Below, piece after piece: positions 50,872-60,405 of a stretch of DNA of 64,000 nucleotides (position 1 is the first letter of the stretch; the number at the start of each line of letters is the position of its first letter). This stretch comes from Pseudonocardia sp. (GTDB lineage Bacteria > Actinomycetota > Actinomycetes > Mycobacteriales > Pseudonocardiaceae). The notes under the pieces are model-generated. The model was given only the letters and a program-made list of their open reading frames with translations, was not told the origin of the DNA and made no database searches. The stretch lies in assembly GCA_019244295.1 (NCBI GenBank), contig JAFASX010000025.1:12478-76477 (forward strand), read 5' to 3'. The translations under genes and the position numbers were made by a program.

Positions 50872-52113
50872 ATGGCCCTCGGGCTCACCGGACTCACCAC
50901 GCAGGGACGCTGCCTGCTCGCCGCCGGCGTCGCTTGCTCAGCGTGCTCAATCGCGCTGAACGAACGTGATCTGCTGCGCATCGGAACGTTTGTCCTCGTT
51001 ATGCCGTTGCTCGCGGCATTGCTCGCCACGCTGACCCGGTGCTGTCTACACGCCACGCGAACGGTGATCCCCGACCGGGTTTCGGTCGGCGCCGAGCCGT
51101 ACGCGCAGCTGAAGCTGGACAACAGCGGTTGGCTCCTCGGCGGGCAAATAGTGCTCACCGACGCGCTGCCCGATGCCCTGGGTCGCTCACCGCGGCTGAC
51201 CATAGCCGCGTCACATCAGAGCGAGTCGTTCACCGTGGTGCGGTACCCGATCACCCCGGTGATCCGGGGCCGGCATCTGATCGGCCCGCTGACCGTACGG
51301 ATCAGTGATCCGCTCGGGCTGGCCGAGTACGAGCGCGAGCTTGCCGGTCGGACGCCGTTGATGGTGTTACCACGAGTCACCCCGCTGAACGGTTCACCCG
51401 AGGGATTCGGCCATGGGGAAGGCAGCGCCGGGGCGACCGGGCGACGTCGAGGACCTGGTGAGCGTGATGCGCTGGTTCGGCAGTACCAGCCAGGTGACCC
51501 GGTGCGCACGGTGCACTGGCGCTCCACCGCGCGTCGGGACGAACTGATGGTGAGGTTGGAGGAACGGCCGTGGCACGGCGGGGTGACGGTGCTCATCGAC
51601 CGGCGCGCGCGGGCCCATTACGGCAACGGCGCCAACGCCAGCCTCGAATGGGCGGTGGAGCTCGTGGCGAGCATATGCCATCACCTCATCACCCGAGGCC
51701 GACGCATCAGGCTGGTCGCCGAGGACGGCGTTACGCTGGCCAGCGGACGCGACACCGAGGCGCTGCTCGATTCGCTCGCCATGCTCCGCCCATCCACCCA
51801 ACCCGAGTTGGTCCTAGGCGGGGACGAGGGCGACGACGGCCAGCTCATCGCCGTACTCGGCGCGGTTGATCAAGCTGACGTCGCTGTTTTGGCACGCCAC
51901 CATTCAGGTGGATCAGGGCGCGCCGTGTTGCTCGACGTCGCGGAGTGGAACCATGCGCAACAGAAACAGCCCGCCCCTGACGTCACCGAGCCAGCCAGGG
52001 CGCTCACCGAGGCCGGCTGGACGGTGCTGATCGGCAAGCCAGGCTGTGGCCCGGCCGAGATCTGGCGGGACTTCTGCCAAGACCTGCCGATACGGCAGGG
52101 GACCGGACGGTGA
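50872..52113 (+). CDS. DUF58 family protein (MoxR-associated)
   Basis: RGRHLIGPL...DPLGL; VRQYQPGDPVRTVHWRSTARRDELMVR. Confidence 0.92.
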   Translation: MALGLTGLTTQGRCLLAAGVACSACSIALNERDLLRIGTFVLVMPLLAALLATLTRCCLHATRTVIPDRVSVGAEPYAQLKLDNSGWLLGGQIVLTDALPDALGRSPRLTIAASHQSESFTVVRYPITPVIRGRHLIGPLTVRISDPLGLAEYERELAGRTPLMVLPRVTPLNGSPEGFGHGEGSAGATGRRRGPGERDALVRQYQPGDPVRTVHWRSTARRDELMVRLEERPWHGGVTVLIDRRARAHYGNGANASLEWAVELVASICHHLITRGRRIRLVAEDGVTLASGRDTEALLDSLAMLRPSTQPELVLGGDEGDDGQLIAVLGAVDQADVAVLARHHSGGSGRAVLLDVAEWNHAQQKQPAPDVTEPARALTEAGWTVLIGKPGCGPAEIWRDFCQDLPIRQGTGR

Positions 52114-54569
52114 ACTGGCCTCGACCGCGCTGGGCCAAGCCGCGCTGGGACTCGCTCACTAGGGCGCAAGCAGCCGGTATGCCGGCCTTGGGAGTACCAG
52201 TTGCCGCGGCGGCCAGCGTCGCGGCCGGCTCAACCGCGCTTACCGCGGCCCTCAGCGGCTGGCGATGGCTCTGGCTCGTGCTGCTCACGGTCGGGCTGAT
52301 GATGCTGATCGGGCTGATCGGGCGAGCTACCAACGCCTCGCTCGGCGGCGTGTTAGGTGCTCAAACACTCGGGCTTGCGCTGCTACTCGTCATGTTGTTC
52401 AGCGATCAGCGATCGCTGGGAGTGTTGCCTGGGCCCTCGGCGATCACTGAACTGGTCGACCAACTAGCCTCGGTCGGTAACCAGATCGCGAACGGCATTC
52501 CCCCGGTACCGACGACAACATCCTTGTTGCTGCTGGTCTGCCTGGTGCTCGGCGTCATGGCGATCGTGGTGGACGTCCTGGCCGCGGCTGGACACGGACC
52601 AGCGGCCAGCGGGCTGGCGTTGCTGTGCTCATACACCGTGCCCACGACTATGGTCCGAGATGCGCTGCCTGACTGGACTCTGGTGGTCGGCGCGCTCAGT
52701 TACGCGATGTTGCTCATGGTACAACATCAGCGCCGACAGGCGGGCTGGGCTCAGCGGCCACCGACCGTCGCCGGTCCACGGTCGACGGCGCGCCCTGGCC
52801 TGGCTCGGCGGCTGCTCGGCTGGGGGCGATCGGTGGCGGCGAGGTACGCCGGGCTGCCCATCGGGCTCGCCATCTGCGCGGTATCGTTATCGGCCGCGTT
52901 GCTGGTCGGGACGTTCGCCACCGCGGTCGGTACCGCTGGCCGGTTCACCGGCGACGGAGTCGACGTCAGCTCGGGAGTTCAGTTCGGGCTCACGCCGTTC
53001 ACCTCGCTGCGCGGGCAACTGCGGCAGCCAGTACCGACCGAGCTGCTGCGAGTGCGTGGTTTGCCCGAGGCCACCTACTTACGCGCCGTTGTCCTCAATC
53101 GCTACGTATCGCAACAGGGCTGGCAACTGCCGCTGCGCCGCCGTGGGGTCAAACTCGACCGCACGCTGCCCACCGGCCTGGCGACACCGATCGCCACCCG
53201 CCCAACAGTGATCGAGTTCGAGAACGTCGGTTACCGGGATCGGTGGCTACCGCTCTACGGACTGCCTATCGGGGTTACCCAGGTCAGTCCCGGACGCTGG
53301 CACTATGACCTGGCAACCACCACCGCGTACACCGATGGGCCGATCGCCGAGCAGCACTGGACCGAGCGCGCGGTGCTGGTCAATCCCCAAGTCGGCGTAC
53401 TGCAGGACACCCTCCCGACCACCGACGTCGACCCGATCTACTTGGACACCGACGGGGTGGATCGACGAATCGGGCAGCTGGCAGCGTCCTTGACCAGCCG
53501 GGCACATACACCATTCGCCAAGGTAGTGGCGCTGACCAGGTACTTTCTAGATCCTAGTAACGGCTTCCGCTACAGTCTGCGGACCGCGCCAGGCAACACC
53601 GGCGACCTACTACTCGATTTCCTGGTGCGAAGCAAGGTGGGGTATTGCGAACAGTTCGCGTCCGCGATGGCGGTTATGTTGCGCACCGTTGGCGTGCCGG
53701 CCAGGCTGGCGATCGGCTTCGCCCCGGGTCGGCAGGCCGACGGCTACCGCTCGATCGCCACCTCGGACGCTCACGCATGGGTGGAGGCGTTCTTTCCTGG
53801 TCAGGGGTGGCTGACCTTCGATCCGACGCCTCGGGACAACAGTCACGGAGTCGTCCCCGACTACTTGGCCAACGCTCCTAAGGCGCCGGTCGTACCGTCT
53901 CGACCCGAACAACAACCCAGCTCACCGGAGCCCAATCTTGACCCAAGCCAGGACGCGGCCAACCCACCGCCTAGCCCGGGAAGCCCAGCCGCATCCCAAC
54001 GGACCGGGTCGGGCAAACAAGCCAACGATAACCCTGGCCCTGGCCGGGATCGGCCGGGGAACAGCCCGGAGTCGCCGGCGAATCCCGCTCAGCGAACCGC
54101 GCTGCTGGTCATACTGGCTCTGGTTGGCATGGTCTCGCTGATCGGAGCGCCATTCACCGTTCGGCGGCTGGCCCGACGCCGACGGCTAGCGCTAGCCGCT
54201 CACGGTGGCTGCGAAGGGGCGGTCGCGGCATGGCGGGAGCTTCTCGCTGAATCGAGGGACTGCGGTGGCCAGCTTCCAGGAAACCTCACTGTCCGAGCGG
54301 CCGGACATCGAATAGTTAGCGCCCATCGCCTGCATGATGCGTCGTCGAACGCCGTGCGAACGGTAGTCACCGCGCTGGAGCGGGGCTGGTACGCGCCGAG
54401 CGCCGACCCCAACTCTGGCCCGAACCTGGTCGACGCCCTGCGGATGATTCGGCACTGCCTGCGCCGTTCCACCTCACTCACGCTTACGGAGCGGTTGTGG
54501 CCCCGTTCGGTGCGTCCGCGACTACGAACACGCCGTCCACTACACGGAGGTACGGGTCACCCCCGCTGA
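52110..54569 (+). CDS. Membrane transglutaminase-like protein (TgpA/DUF3488 + transglutaminase core)
   Basis: Multiple N-terminal TMs; GYCEQFASAMAVMLRTVGVPARLAIGF; DAHAWVEAFFPGQGWLTFDPTP (Cys-His-Asp triad). Confidence 0.93.
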   Translation: MNWPRPRWAKPRWDSLTRAQAAGMPALGVPVAAAASVAAGSTALTAALSGWRWLWLVLLTVGLMMLIGLIGRATNASLGGVLGAQTLGLALLLVMLFSDQRSLGVLPGPSAITELVDQLASVGNQIANGIPPVPTTTSLLLLVCLVLGVMAIVVDVLAAAGHGPAASGLALLCSYTVPTTMVRDALPDWTLVVGALSYAMLLMVQHQRRQAGWAQRPPTVAGPRSTARPGLARRLLGWGRSVAARYAGLPIGLAICAVSLSAALLVGTFATAVGTAGRFTGDGVDVSSGVQFGLTPFTSLRGQLRQPVPTELLRVRGLPEATYLRAVVLNRYVSQQGWQLPLRRRGVKLDRTLPTGLATPIATRPTVIEFENVGYRDRWLPLYGLPIGVTQVSPGRWHYDLATTTAYTDGPIAEQHWTERAVLVNPQVGVLQDTLPTTDVDPIYLDTDGVDRRIGQLAASLTSRAHTPFAKVVALTRYFLDPSNGFRYSLRTAPGNTGDLLLDFLVRSKVGYCEQFASAMAVMLRTVGVPARLAIGFAPGRQADGYRSIATSDAHAWVEAFFPGQGWLTFDPTPRDNSHGVVPDYLANAPKAPVVPSRPEQQPSSPEPNLDPSQDAANPPPSPGSPAASQRTGSGKQANDNPGPGRDRPGNSPESPANPAQRTALLVILALVGMVSLIGAPFTVRRLARRRRLALAAHGGCEGAVAAWRELLAESRDCGGQLPGNLTVRAAGHRIVSAHRLHDASSNAVRTVVTALERGWYAPSADPNSGPNLVDALRMIRHCLRRSTSLTLTERLWPRSVRPRLRTRRPLHGGTGHPR

Positions 54570-54579
54570 GCCGGGACTG

Positions 54580-54957
54580 TCAGTCTTGATCGAAACGGCG
54601 GCGGAACCGCTCCTCCATCTTGCCTCCGAACCGACCCCGCTCAGACTCCGGGCCTTTGCTCGGCGCTGTCTTGCCGCCACCGAGCGATGTGACCGCCAAG
54701 ACCGCGCCCGCCAACATCACGAGGAAGCCCACGACGCTAACCACTGGCACGTTTGCCAGCCAGATAGCCCGCACGGCGACCCCTACGACAAGTAGCACTA
54801 GACCAAGAACAAACAACACGAAACCTTGCAGCCGGCGCCTGCGCGTCGGCTTTCGCAGCCGACCCGCGCGCACGGTCGACGCAAACTTTGGGTCCTCCGC
54901 TATGAGCGCGCGCTCAATCTGGTCGAGCAGCCGCTGCTCGTGCTCGGAGAGTGGCAT
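54580..54957 (-). CDS. DUF3040 family membrane protein
   Basis: MPLSEHEQRLLDQIERALIAEDPKFAS; two TMs; KMEERFRRRF. Confidence 0.95.
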   Translation of the reverse strand: MPLSEHEQRLLDQIERALIAEDPKFASTVRAGRLRKPTRRRRLQGFVLFVLGLVLLVVGVAVRAIWLANVPVVSVVGFLVMLAGAVLAVTSLGGGKTAPSKGPESERGRFGGKMEERFRRRFDQD

Positions 54958-55118
54958 CTTCTTTCGCCTCCGGCACATGGATTGGTCGTTTGGGTGTCAC
55001 GCCGTGCCAGCACCACCCAACGCGGCGCCCTGGAGCGGGCGTTAGGTACGAGCATACGAGTAACGGCAAGTTGCGACTACCCAGACTCGTAAAGAGAACC
55101 GGAAGTTACGACACACGA

Positions 55119-55961
55119 TCACATTCGAGGCCTGTCGCACTCCGAACGTCGCGCGATCACGTGTAGCCTAGCCGCCAGAACCAAAAGCTCCGGCGTGCCA
55201 GCCACTAGCGACTCAAGCTCCTCCACGCCTCCGGGATCGGCATCAACCACCGACGAGGGGAGCAACCCTTCGAGCACTCCATCGCCCTGCACCCGCTCGA
55301 TCGATAGCCCCGCCACGGCTTCGAGGAGCCGCCGCAGGACCGCCATGTCGAGTCGGCGCTGCAACGGGTCGCCGGGTCCCCACCGGCCAGACGGATCGGT
55401 CAAGACGGCCCGTGCCTGGGCCAGCCGCCCAGCGTGTGCCTGGGTGAACGCGGCCGCGTGCCGACCCGCGACCAGCAGCGACACCGCGCCACCCGGGGTA
55501 ACCGAGGCCGCCAGTTGCGCGACCGCGCCTATCGCGTCGTCAACCACCTCGAGCAAGCCGTGTCCGAGCACGAGGTCCGCCTCAGCCGGCCGGACTGCCT
55601 CGGCCAGTGAATGGACATCGCCCTGGACGGCGACCACCCGGTCGGCCACCCCGGCGCGCGCGGCCCGGCCACGCAGCGCCGCCAGCGCATTCGGGCTGGT
55701 GTCGACCACGGTGACCGCGCAACCATCAGCGGCCAGAGGAACGGCCCACACCCCGCTGCCACCGCCCACGTCGAGTACTCGAACCAACCGTTCGCCTCGG
55801 CGCGCCCGCGCCCGGGAGACCTCCGCCCGCAATGTCCGGCGCACGACTCCGTCGTCCGCCGGTAGCTCATTATCCGAGCCAGCCGTCTCCGGTGGCCGGA
55901 CGTCCGACCTGGAACGCACGCTAGGTACGCCGATGCTGGTATTCATCAAACCCTCAGTCAT
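55119..55961 (-). CDS. Class I SAM-dependent methyltransferase (start uncertain)
   Basis: VLDVGGGSGVWAVPLA; VVDTSPNALAAL; DLVLGHGLLEVVD. Confidence 0.88.
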   Translation of the reverse strand: MTEGLMNTSIGVPSVRSRSDVRPPETAGSDNELPADDGVVRRTLRAEVSRARARRGERLVRVLDVGGGSGVWAVPLAADGCAVTVVDTSPNALAALRGRAARAGVADRVVAVQGDVHSLAEAVRPAEADLVLGHGLLEVVDDAIGAVAQLAASVTPGGAVSLLVAGRHAAAFTQAHAGRLAQARAVLTDPSGRWGPGDPLQRRLDMAVLRRLLEAVAGLSIERVQGDGVLEGLLPSSVVDADPGGVEELESLVAGTPELLVLAARLHVIARRSECDRPRM

Positions 55962-56033
55962 GCCGTTGGTTACGCACGGCCTGCAGCGTAGTCATGATGT
56001 TGCTTGCCAGCTTGTCCACGTGGCGGAGGCCCT

Positions 56034-56123
56034 CAACGGTAGATTGTCCCACCTGCAGGTGGTTGCCGTGCTCAGCCCCAACGGTAGGTTGTCCCACGTG
56101 CAGGTGATTGCCGTGCTCAGCCT
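56034..56123 (+). repeat. 45-bp tandem duplication (41/45 identical) covering the parA -10 element and start codon
   Basis: 56034-78 caacggtagattgtcccacctgcaggtggttgccgtgctcagccc; 56079-123 caacggtaggttgtcccacgtgcaggtgattgccgtgctcagcct. Confidence 0.92.
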
Positions 56124-56946
56124 CAAGGGTGGGGTTGGCAAGACGACTGTAGTCCTTGGCTTGGCCGGCGCGGCCGTCCAACGCAACTTGCGCACGCTTG
56201 TCGTCGACCTCGATCCACAGGCGAATGCCACCGCGGCCCTCCGTCCTAAGCCTACGGCCGCCAGCATCGCAGACGTTCTCGACGAGCCGCGACGATCGGT
56301 CATCAGTAACGCGATCGGGGTCAGCGCGTGGAGCAACGACCTACATGTGCTGGTCGGCAACGAGGCCACAGAGCGGCACAACCACCCCGGCCCGACCACG
56401 AAGCAGCTCGCCCGCCTGAATCGCGCGCTGACCCGGCTTGGCGACGACGTCGACTCCGACCCGGCTGCCATTTACGGCTTAGTGGTCGTCGACTGCCCAC
56501 CCTCGCTTGGTCAGCTCACTCGCTCCGCGTTGGTCGCGGCTGACCGAGCGGTGCTGGTCACCGATCCGACAATCTTCGCGGTGACCGGCGTCCAGCGCGC
56601 TTTCGAGGCCGTTCAAGACGAACGGGTTCGAGGCAATACCCGTCTGCAACCACTTGGGGTATTGATTAACAGGGTGCAACCCCGATCCTCCGAGCATGCC
56701 TTCCGGGTGGCCGAGCTGCGAGAGCTGTTTGGGCCCCTGGTGCTGCCCGCGACAGTGCCGGAACGTTCCGCGATCCAACAGGCTCAAGGTGCGTGTGTGC
56801 CGATTCAGCGGTGGGACACGCCCGGCGCTCGCGAGGTCGCCGCTGTATTCGACGGCCTACTAAGTCGGGTACTGCGCAGCCGCCGTAGGCCGGGGCACGC
56901 CACGCGACCCAGCGCGGCTAGCAACGGCGCGCCACCGAGCGGATGA
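56098..56946 (+). CDS. ParA/Soj family ATPase (probably leaderless)
   Basis: MQVIAVLSLKGGVGKTT (deviant Walker A); VVDLDPQANAT; VVDCPPSLG; TAGGTT 7 nt before the GTG. Confidence 0.92.
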   Translation: MQVIAVLSLKGGVGKTTVVLGLAGAAVQRNLRTLVVDLDPQANATAALRPKPTAASIADVLDEPRRSVISNAIGVSAWSNDLHVLVGNEATERHNHPGPTTKQLARLNRALTRLGDDVDSDPAAIYGLVVVDCPPSLGQLTRSALVAADRAVLVTDPTIFAVTGVQRAFEAVQDERVRGNTRLQPLGVLINRVQPRSSEHAFRVAELRELFGPLVLPATVPERSAIQQAQGACVPIQRWDTPGAREVAAVFDGLLSRVLRSRRRPGHATRPSAASNGAPPSG

Positions 56947-57064
56947 TCTCAAGGAACTTTCTTAACCTGACCACAAGATCGTCGACTGCGGCAATCGTCA
57001 TGACAATCTCCTGTCCTGGCTCAGGAGCGCGCAGAATCTGGATAGAGGCTGAGCTCATCCCGCG

Positions 57065-57382
57065 CTAGTCGGCGACGCGAATCAGGTCCCACACCCCAGG
57101 CCCAGCCCGCATGCGAAGCACAAACTCCTGGGCGGGCTTGTGGAGCTCAGCCGAAGACTGAGCGAGCACTCGCCAGCAGCGCACTCGATCTCCCCCAACA
57201 GGCATAGGCGATGGGAACGGCCACGGCGACTCCTCAATCCACCGTTCGCGCACGTCCGTGACGAAGAAACGGGGCCCCTTGCGCATCGGACGACGCTGAA
57301 ACTCGACGGGCTCACCGTCCTGCCATCGCACTTGAATCGGCGTCGGCTGCCGAGAACTGAACCGATCAATCAGCGGACTCAT
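57065..57382 (-). CDS. Small conserved protein, DUF6504-like
   Basis: 105 aa; PIQVR...P..F...F.V..V.E.W.E..PW...WRV...W.L..V.D pattern; SD GGAAGGA 9 nt before the ATG. Confidence 0.6.
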   Translation of the reverse strand: MSPLIDRFSSRQPTPIQVRWQDGEPVEFQRRPMRKGPRFFVTDVRERWIEESPWPFPSPMPVGGDRVRCWRVLAQSSAELHKPAQEFVLRMRAGPGVWDLIRVAD

Positions 57383-57499
57383 CTGACGTCATCCTTCCCA
57401 GGCACCCCACCGAGCGAACCGCTTGACAAAGACTCAGCAAGCTCTGGCACACTTCTGTGAAAGCTCACCGAGCGGGTCAACCGGATCGATGTGATCTAC

Positions 57500-57515
57500 T
57501 CGAACGTATGTTCGA
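57500..57515. promoter_or_regulatory. LexA (SOS) box
   Basis: TCGAAC-gtat-GTTCGA, a perfect match to the actinobacterial consensus TCGAAC-N4-GTTCGA; TACTAT -10-like hexamer abuts it on the minus strand. Confidence 0.9.
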
Positions 57516-57770
57516 TAGTACTAGTAGAGCGCGTCTCGGGAGGAGAGTCAAGTCCAACTGGCGATCGGACAACACAGCCGACCCACCGGCTTGGTCAACC
57601 GACCCCACTCCGACGTCTGCGGCGCCCCACTCCGTGTCGCGCCGATGCCATGTAGCATTGTTGACCACTATGCCCGGTGGACTGCTCACATTCGTGTGCG
57701 CGAGGATCGTGCCGCTGGCGGCCGTGCCGGCCATGAGCGGCTTGGTCGATGCCGCATCGGTCGCTGACCG

Positions 57771-58355
57771 ATGACCGCTGCGCCACCTCAGGTCGATGTG
57801 AGATTCCTCTCGAAGGAAGAGTTTTTGGCTCACCTGACCGAGGCGCTAGAGGTCTACGTCTTGGCAATGGGCTATCCGAAAGCGACCATTAAGCAGCGCG
57901 CTCCTCTCTGGCGCGAGCACACTTACCGCCCTGGCTGGCGGGCGATTGGGGCCATCAGCAGCAAAGGTCGGCTCATTGGGCTTGCCTATGGTTATATTGG
58001 GGCGGGCGGGCAATGGTGGCACGACGAGATCCAGCGTGGGTTGCGCGCGGCTGACCCGACCAAGCAGTCATGGCTTACGGACTATTTCGAGCTCAGCGAG
58101 CTGCATGTGCTCCCGCAGGCACAAGGGGGCGGGATCGGCGAGCGGCTGTTGCGCGGTCTTCTTTCCGACGTGACCACTGCGACCGTACTGTTGTCCACGC
58201 CTGAGATCGATCCAGCACGACCGGGACGCGCGTGGCGGTTGTACCGAAGGCTCGGATTCGTCGACGTGCTGCGGGCGTATTACTTCGTGGGAGATTCTCG
58301 ACCGTTCGCGGTGCTCGGCCGTCAGTTGCCGCTGCCCGATCGGCGCGCGACATAG
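57771..58355 (+). CDS. GNAT family N-acetyltransferase (Rv2170-like)
   Basis: YVLAMGYP; LIGLAYGY...GQWWHDEI; YFELSELHVLPQAQGGGIGERLL; RAWRLYRRLGF. Confidence 0.92.
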   Translation: MTAAPPQVDVRFLSKEEFLAHLTEALEVYVLAMGYPKATIKQRAPLWREHTYRPGWRAIGAISSKGRLIGLAYGYIGAGGQWWHDEIQRGLRAADPTKQSWLTDYFELSELHVLPQAQGGGIGERLLRGLLSDVTTATVLLSTPEIDPARPGRAWRLYRRLGFVDVLRAYYFVGDSRPFAVLGRQLPLPDRRAT

Positions 58356-58428
58356 CCAAGCGGTGCTCGTGCCGTCGGCATCCCGTCGGCGCACTCCAGC
58401 CCAACGCGGTGCCTGGCACGATGGAGGT

Positions 58429-59142
58429 GTGCCCGAGCCGCCCTGCCGCCAACCGAGGGTGGGGGTCTCAGCTTCACGTCCGCGTCACGCCCTCGCCCGC
58501 GTGGTTTGGCTGATCGCGATTGCCTTGGTTTTCCTGATCGGGCTGGTCAGCGGCTGCACCCGAGTGCGGACCGCGCTCGCTGTACAGGGTAACGACACGG
58601 TTGCCGGCGAGATCGTGATCGCCAGGGCTGGCGGGCCGCCGCCGGCGCTCGCGGTGCCGTCCGCATTGGTTAACCGAGTAGCGATTATCCCGTACCAGTC
58701 CGAGGACTACCAGGGCTCCGTGTTGCGTTTCGCCGGCTTGCAATTCGATGAAGTGAACTCCCTGGTGGCGGTGGCCCCGGCGGCCGAAGGTCGGTTCCGG
58801 CTGGCTCTACGCCGAGCGGGCAATCGCATCCTCCTCAACGGGCAGGTCGACCTCACGGCGTTGCCGGTGGATCGGGCGGACGTGCAGGTCAAGGTGGCAT
58901 TTGCCGGCGATGTGCTGAGTACCGATGGCCGGCTGGCCGTCCACACCGTGAGTTGGAGATTCGACCCGGGGCGGGTAGGGAAGCTCAGCGCCGTAGTTCG
59001 TGCACCGGACCCGGCCGCGCCGTCGGTATGGCAGTGGGCAATCCTGGTCGGCGCGCTGGTCGCCTCGACGGCACTCGCGGTAGTGCTGCTGGCCAAAGCC
59101 GAGCGCAACCCGCCGGTCCGCTGGGCGAAACGGGTGCGATGA
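58429..59142 (+). CDS. lppM: LppM/DUF3153 family lipoprotein
   Basis: Lipobox LVSGC; TRVRTALAVQGNDTVAGEIV; C-terminal TM; position between the GNAT and the polyprenyl synthase. Confidence 0.85.
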   Translation: MPEPPCRQPRVGVSASRPRHALARVVWLIAIALVFLIGLVSGCTRVRTALAVQGNDTVAGEIVIARAGGPPPALAVPSALVNRVAIIPYQSEDYQGSVLRFAGLQFDEVNSLVAVAPAAEGRFRLALRRAGNRILLNGQVDLTALPVDRADVQVKVAFAGDVLSTDGRLAVHTVSWRFDPGRVGKLSAVVRAPDPAAPSVWQWAILVGALVASTALAVVLLAKAERNPPVRWAKRVR

Positions 59143-59194
59143 CCCGAGCCACGCGTCCGCTTTCCAGAAACACCACCCCCAGGAGCTCACACCC

Positions 59195-60382
59195 GTGACC
59201 GTTCGCTCCATCCATGAATCCATGGCGCAGCCCTGTACATCAACCGCCGCGTCGACGCGCGACGCATCGGCCGTGCCGGTAACCGCCGCGGCCGACAAGC
59301 CAGCCGAGACCGAGCCCGACCGTCAGCTCATCACCCGAATTGAACACACGCTTGCTAATTACCTCGCGCGGCGAATAGACGACGCCACAGCCATTCATCC
59401 GGTACTCGCTGAAGCGGCCGGGACGCTCACGGAGTTCGTGCTAGGTGGCGGGAAACGTATCCGTCCCACGTTCGCCTGGTGGGGTTGGCGAGGAGCTGGT
59501 GGCGATCCCCACGACGTTAACGTTCTGCAAGCGGTGAGCGCGCTGGAGCTAGTCCAGGCATCCGCGCTAGTGCACGACGACTTGATTGACGCCTCCGACA
59601 CTAGACGGGGACGCCCGACGCTCCATGTCGAGTTCGCCGGTCGACATGAGCGGCATAGCTGGCGAGGAGCCTCTCAGCGTTTTGGTGCGGCGGCCGCGAT
59701 TCTGCTCGGCGACCTCGCCCTGGCCTGGGCTGACGACATGTTCAACCACGCGGAGCTCAGCGATGGCCAACGTCGGCGGATCCGCCCGGTGTGGGCCGGA
59801 ATGCGCACAGACATGCTCGGCGGCCAGTATCTGGACAGCTGGTGCCAGGCCAGTGGTGCTGACACGGTCGCCGCCGCGCTTCGAGTCAACCGCTTCAAGA
59901 CCGCCGCGTACACAGTGGAACGCCCGCTGCAGCTGGGCGCGGCGCTGGCCGGCGCACCGCGGGAACTGGTGACGGCTTACCGCCGCTTTGGCGTCGATAT
60001 CGGGACGGCGTTTCAGCTTCGCGATGACCTGCTCGGCGTGTTTGGCGACCCCCAGGTTACTGGCAAACCCGTGGGTGATGATCTCCGCGAAGGCAAACGC
60101 ACGGTACTGATGGCGCTGGCCATCCAGACCGCGCGAACACGGCGGCGAACAGCCGAAGCTGAAGTCCTGACCAGTGCGCTCGGCGACCCCGAACTGGACG
60201 CCGAGGGCGTGGACAGGGTGAGAAACATCCTGTGCGAGCTGGGCGCCTCCGCCGAAGTCGAACGCTACATCGAACAGCTCACCAAGTGCGGCCTCGCCGC
60301 CCTGGCATCCGCCGAGGTCGCCCAGCCGGCCGCGTGGAAGCTGGCAGAGCTCGCGCTGGCCGCGACTCGACGACGGCACTGA
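59195..60382 (+). CDS. crtE: Polyprenyl (geranylgeranyl) diphosphate synthase, CrtE/IdsA
   Basis: GGKRIRP; ALVHDDLIDASDTRRG (first DDxxD); KTAAYT; FQLRDDLLG; DDLREGK. Confidence 0.93.
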   Translation: MTVRSIHESMAQPCTSTAASTRDASAVPVTAAADKPAETEPDRQLITRIEHTLANYLARRIDDATAIHPVLAEAAGTLTEFVLGGGKRIRPTFAWWGWRGAGGDPHDVNVLQAVSALELVQASALVHDDLIDASDTRRGRPTLHVEFAGRHERHSWRGASQRFGAAAAILLGDLALAWADDMFNHAELSDGQRRRIRPVWAGMRTDMLGGQYLDSWCQASGADTVAAALRVNRFKTAAYTVERPLQLGAALAGAPRELVTAYRRFGVDIGTAFQLRDDLLGVFGDPQVTGKPVGDDLREGKRTVLMALAIQTARTRRRTAEAEVLTSALGDPELDAEGVDRVRNILCELGASAEVERYIEQLTKCGLAALASAEVAQPAAWKLAELALAATRRRH

Positions 60383-60405
60383 AGCTCGTGATACGCCAGC
60401 GCGGG

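Noticed and set aside
55195-56946. 583-aa ORF as a long ParA fusion
   Set aside because: The first ~300 codons are antisense to the methyltransferase; ParA homology begins at GTG 56098, which has its own -10 element.
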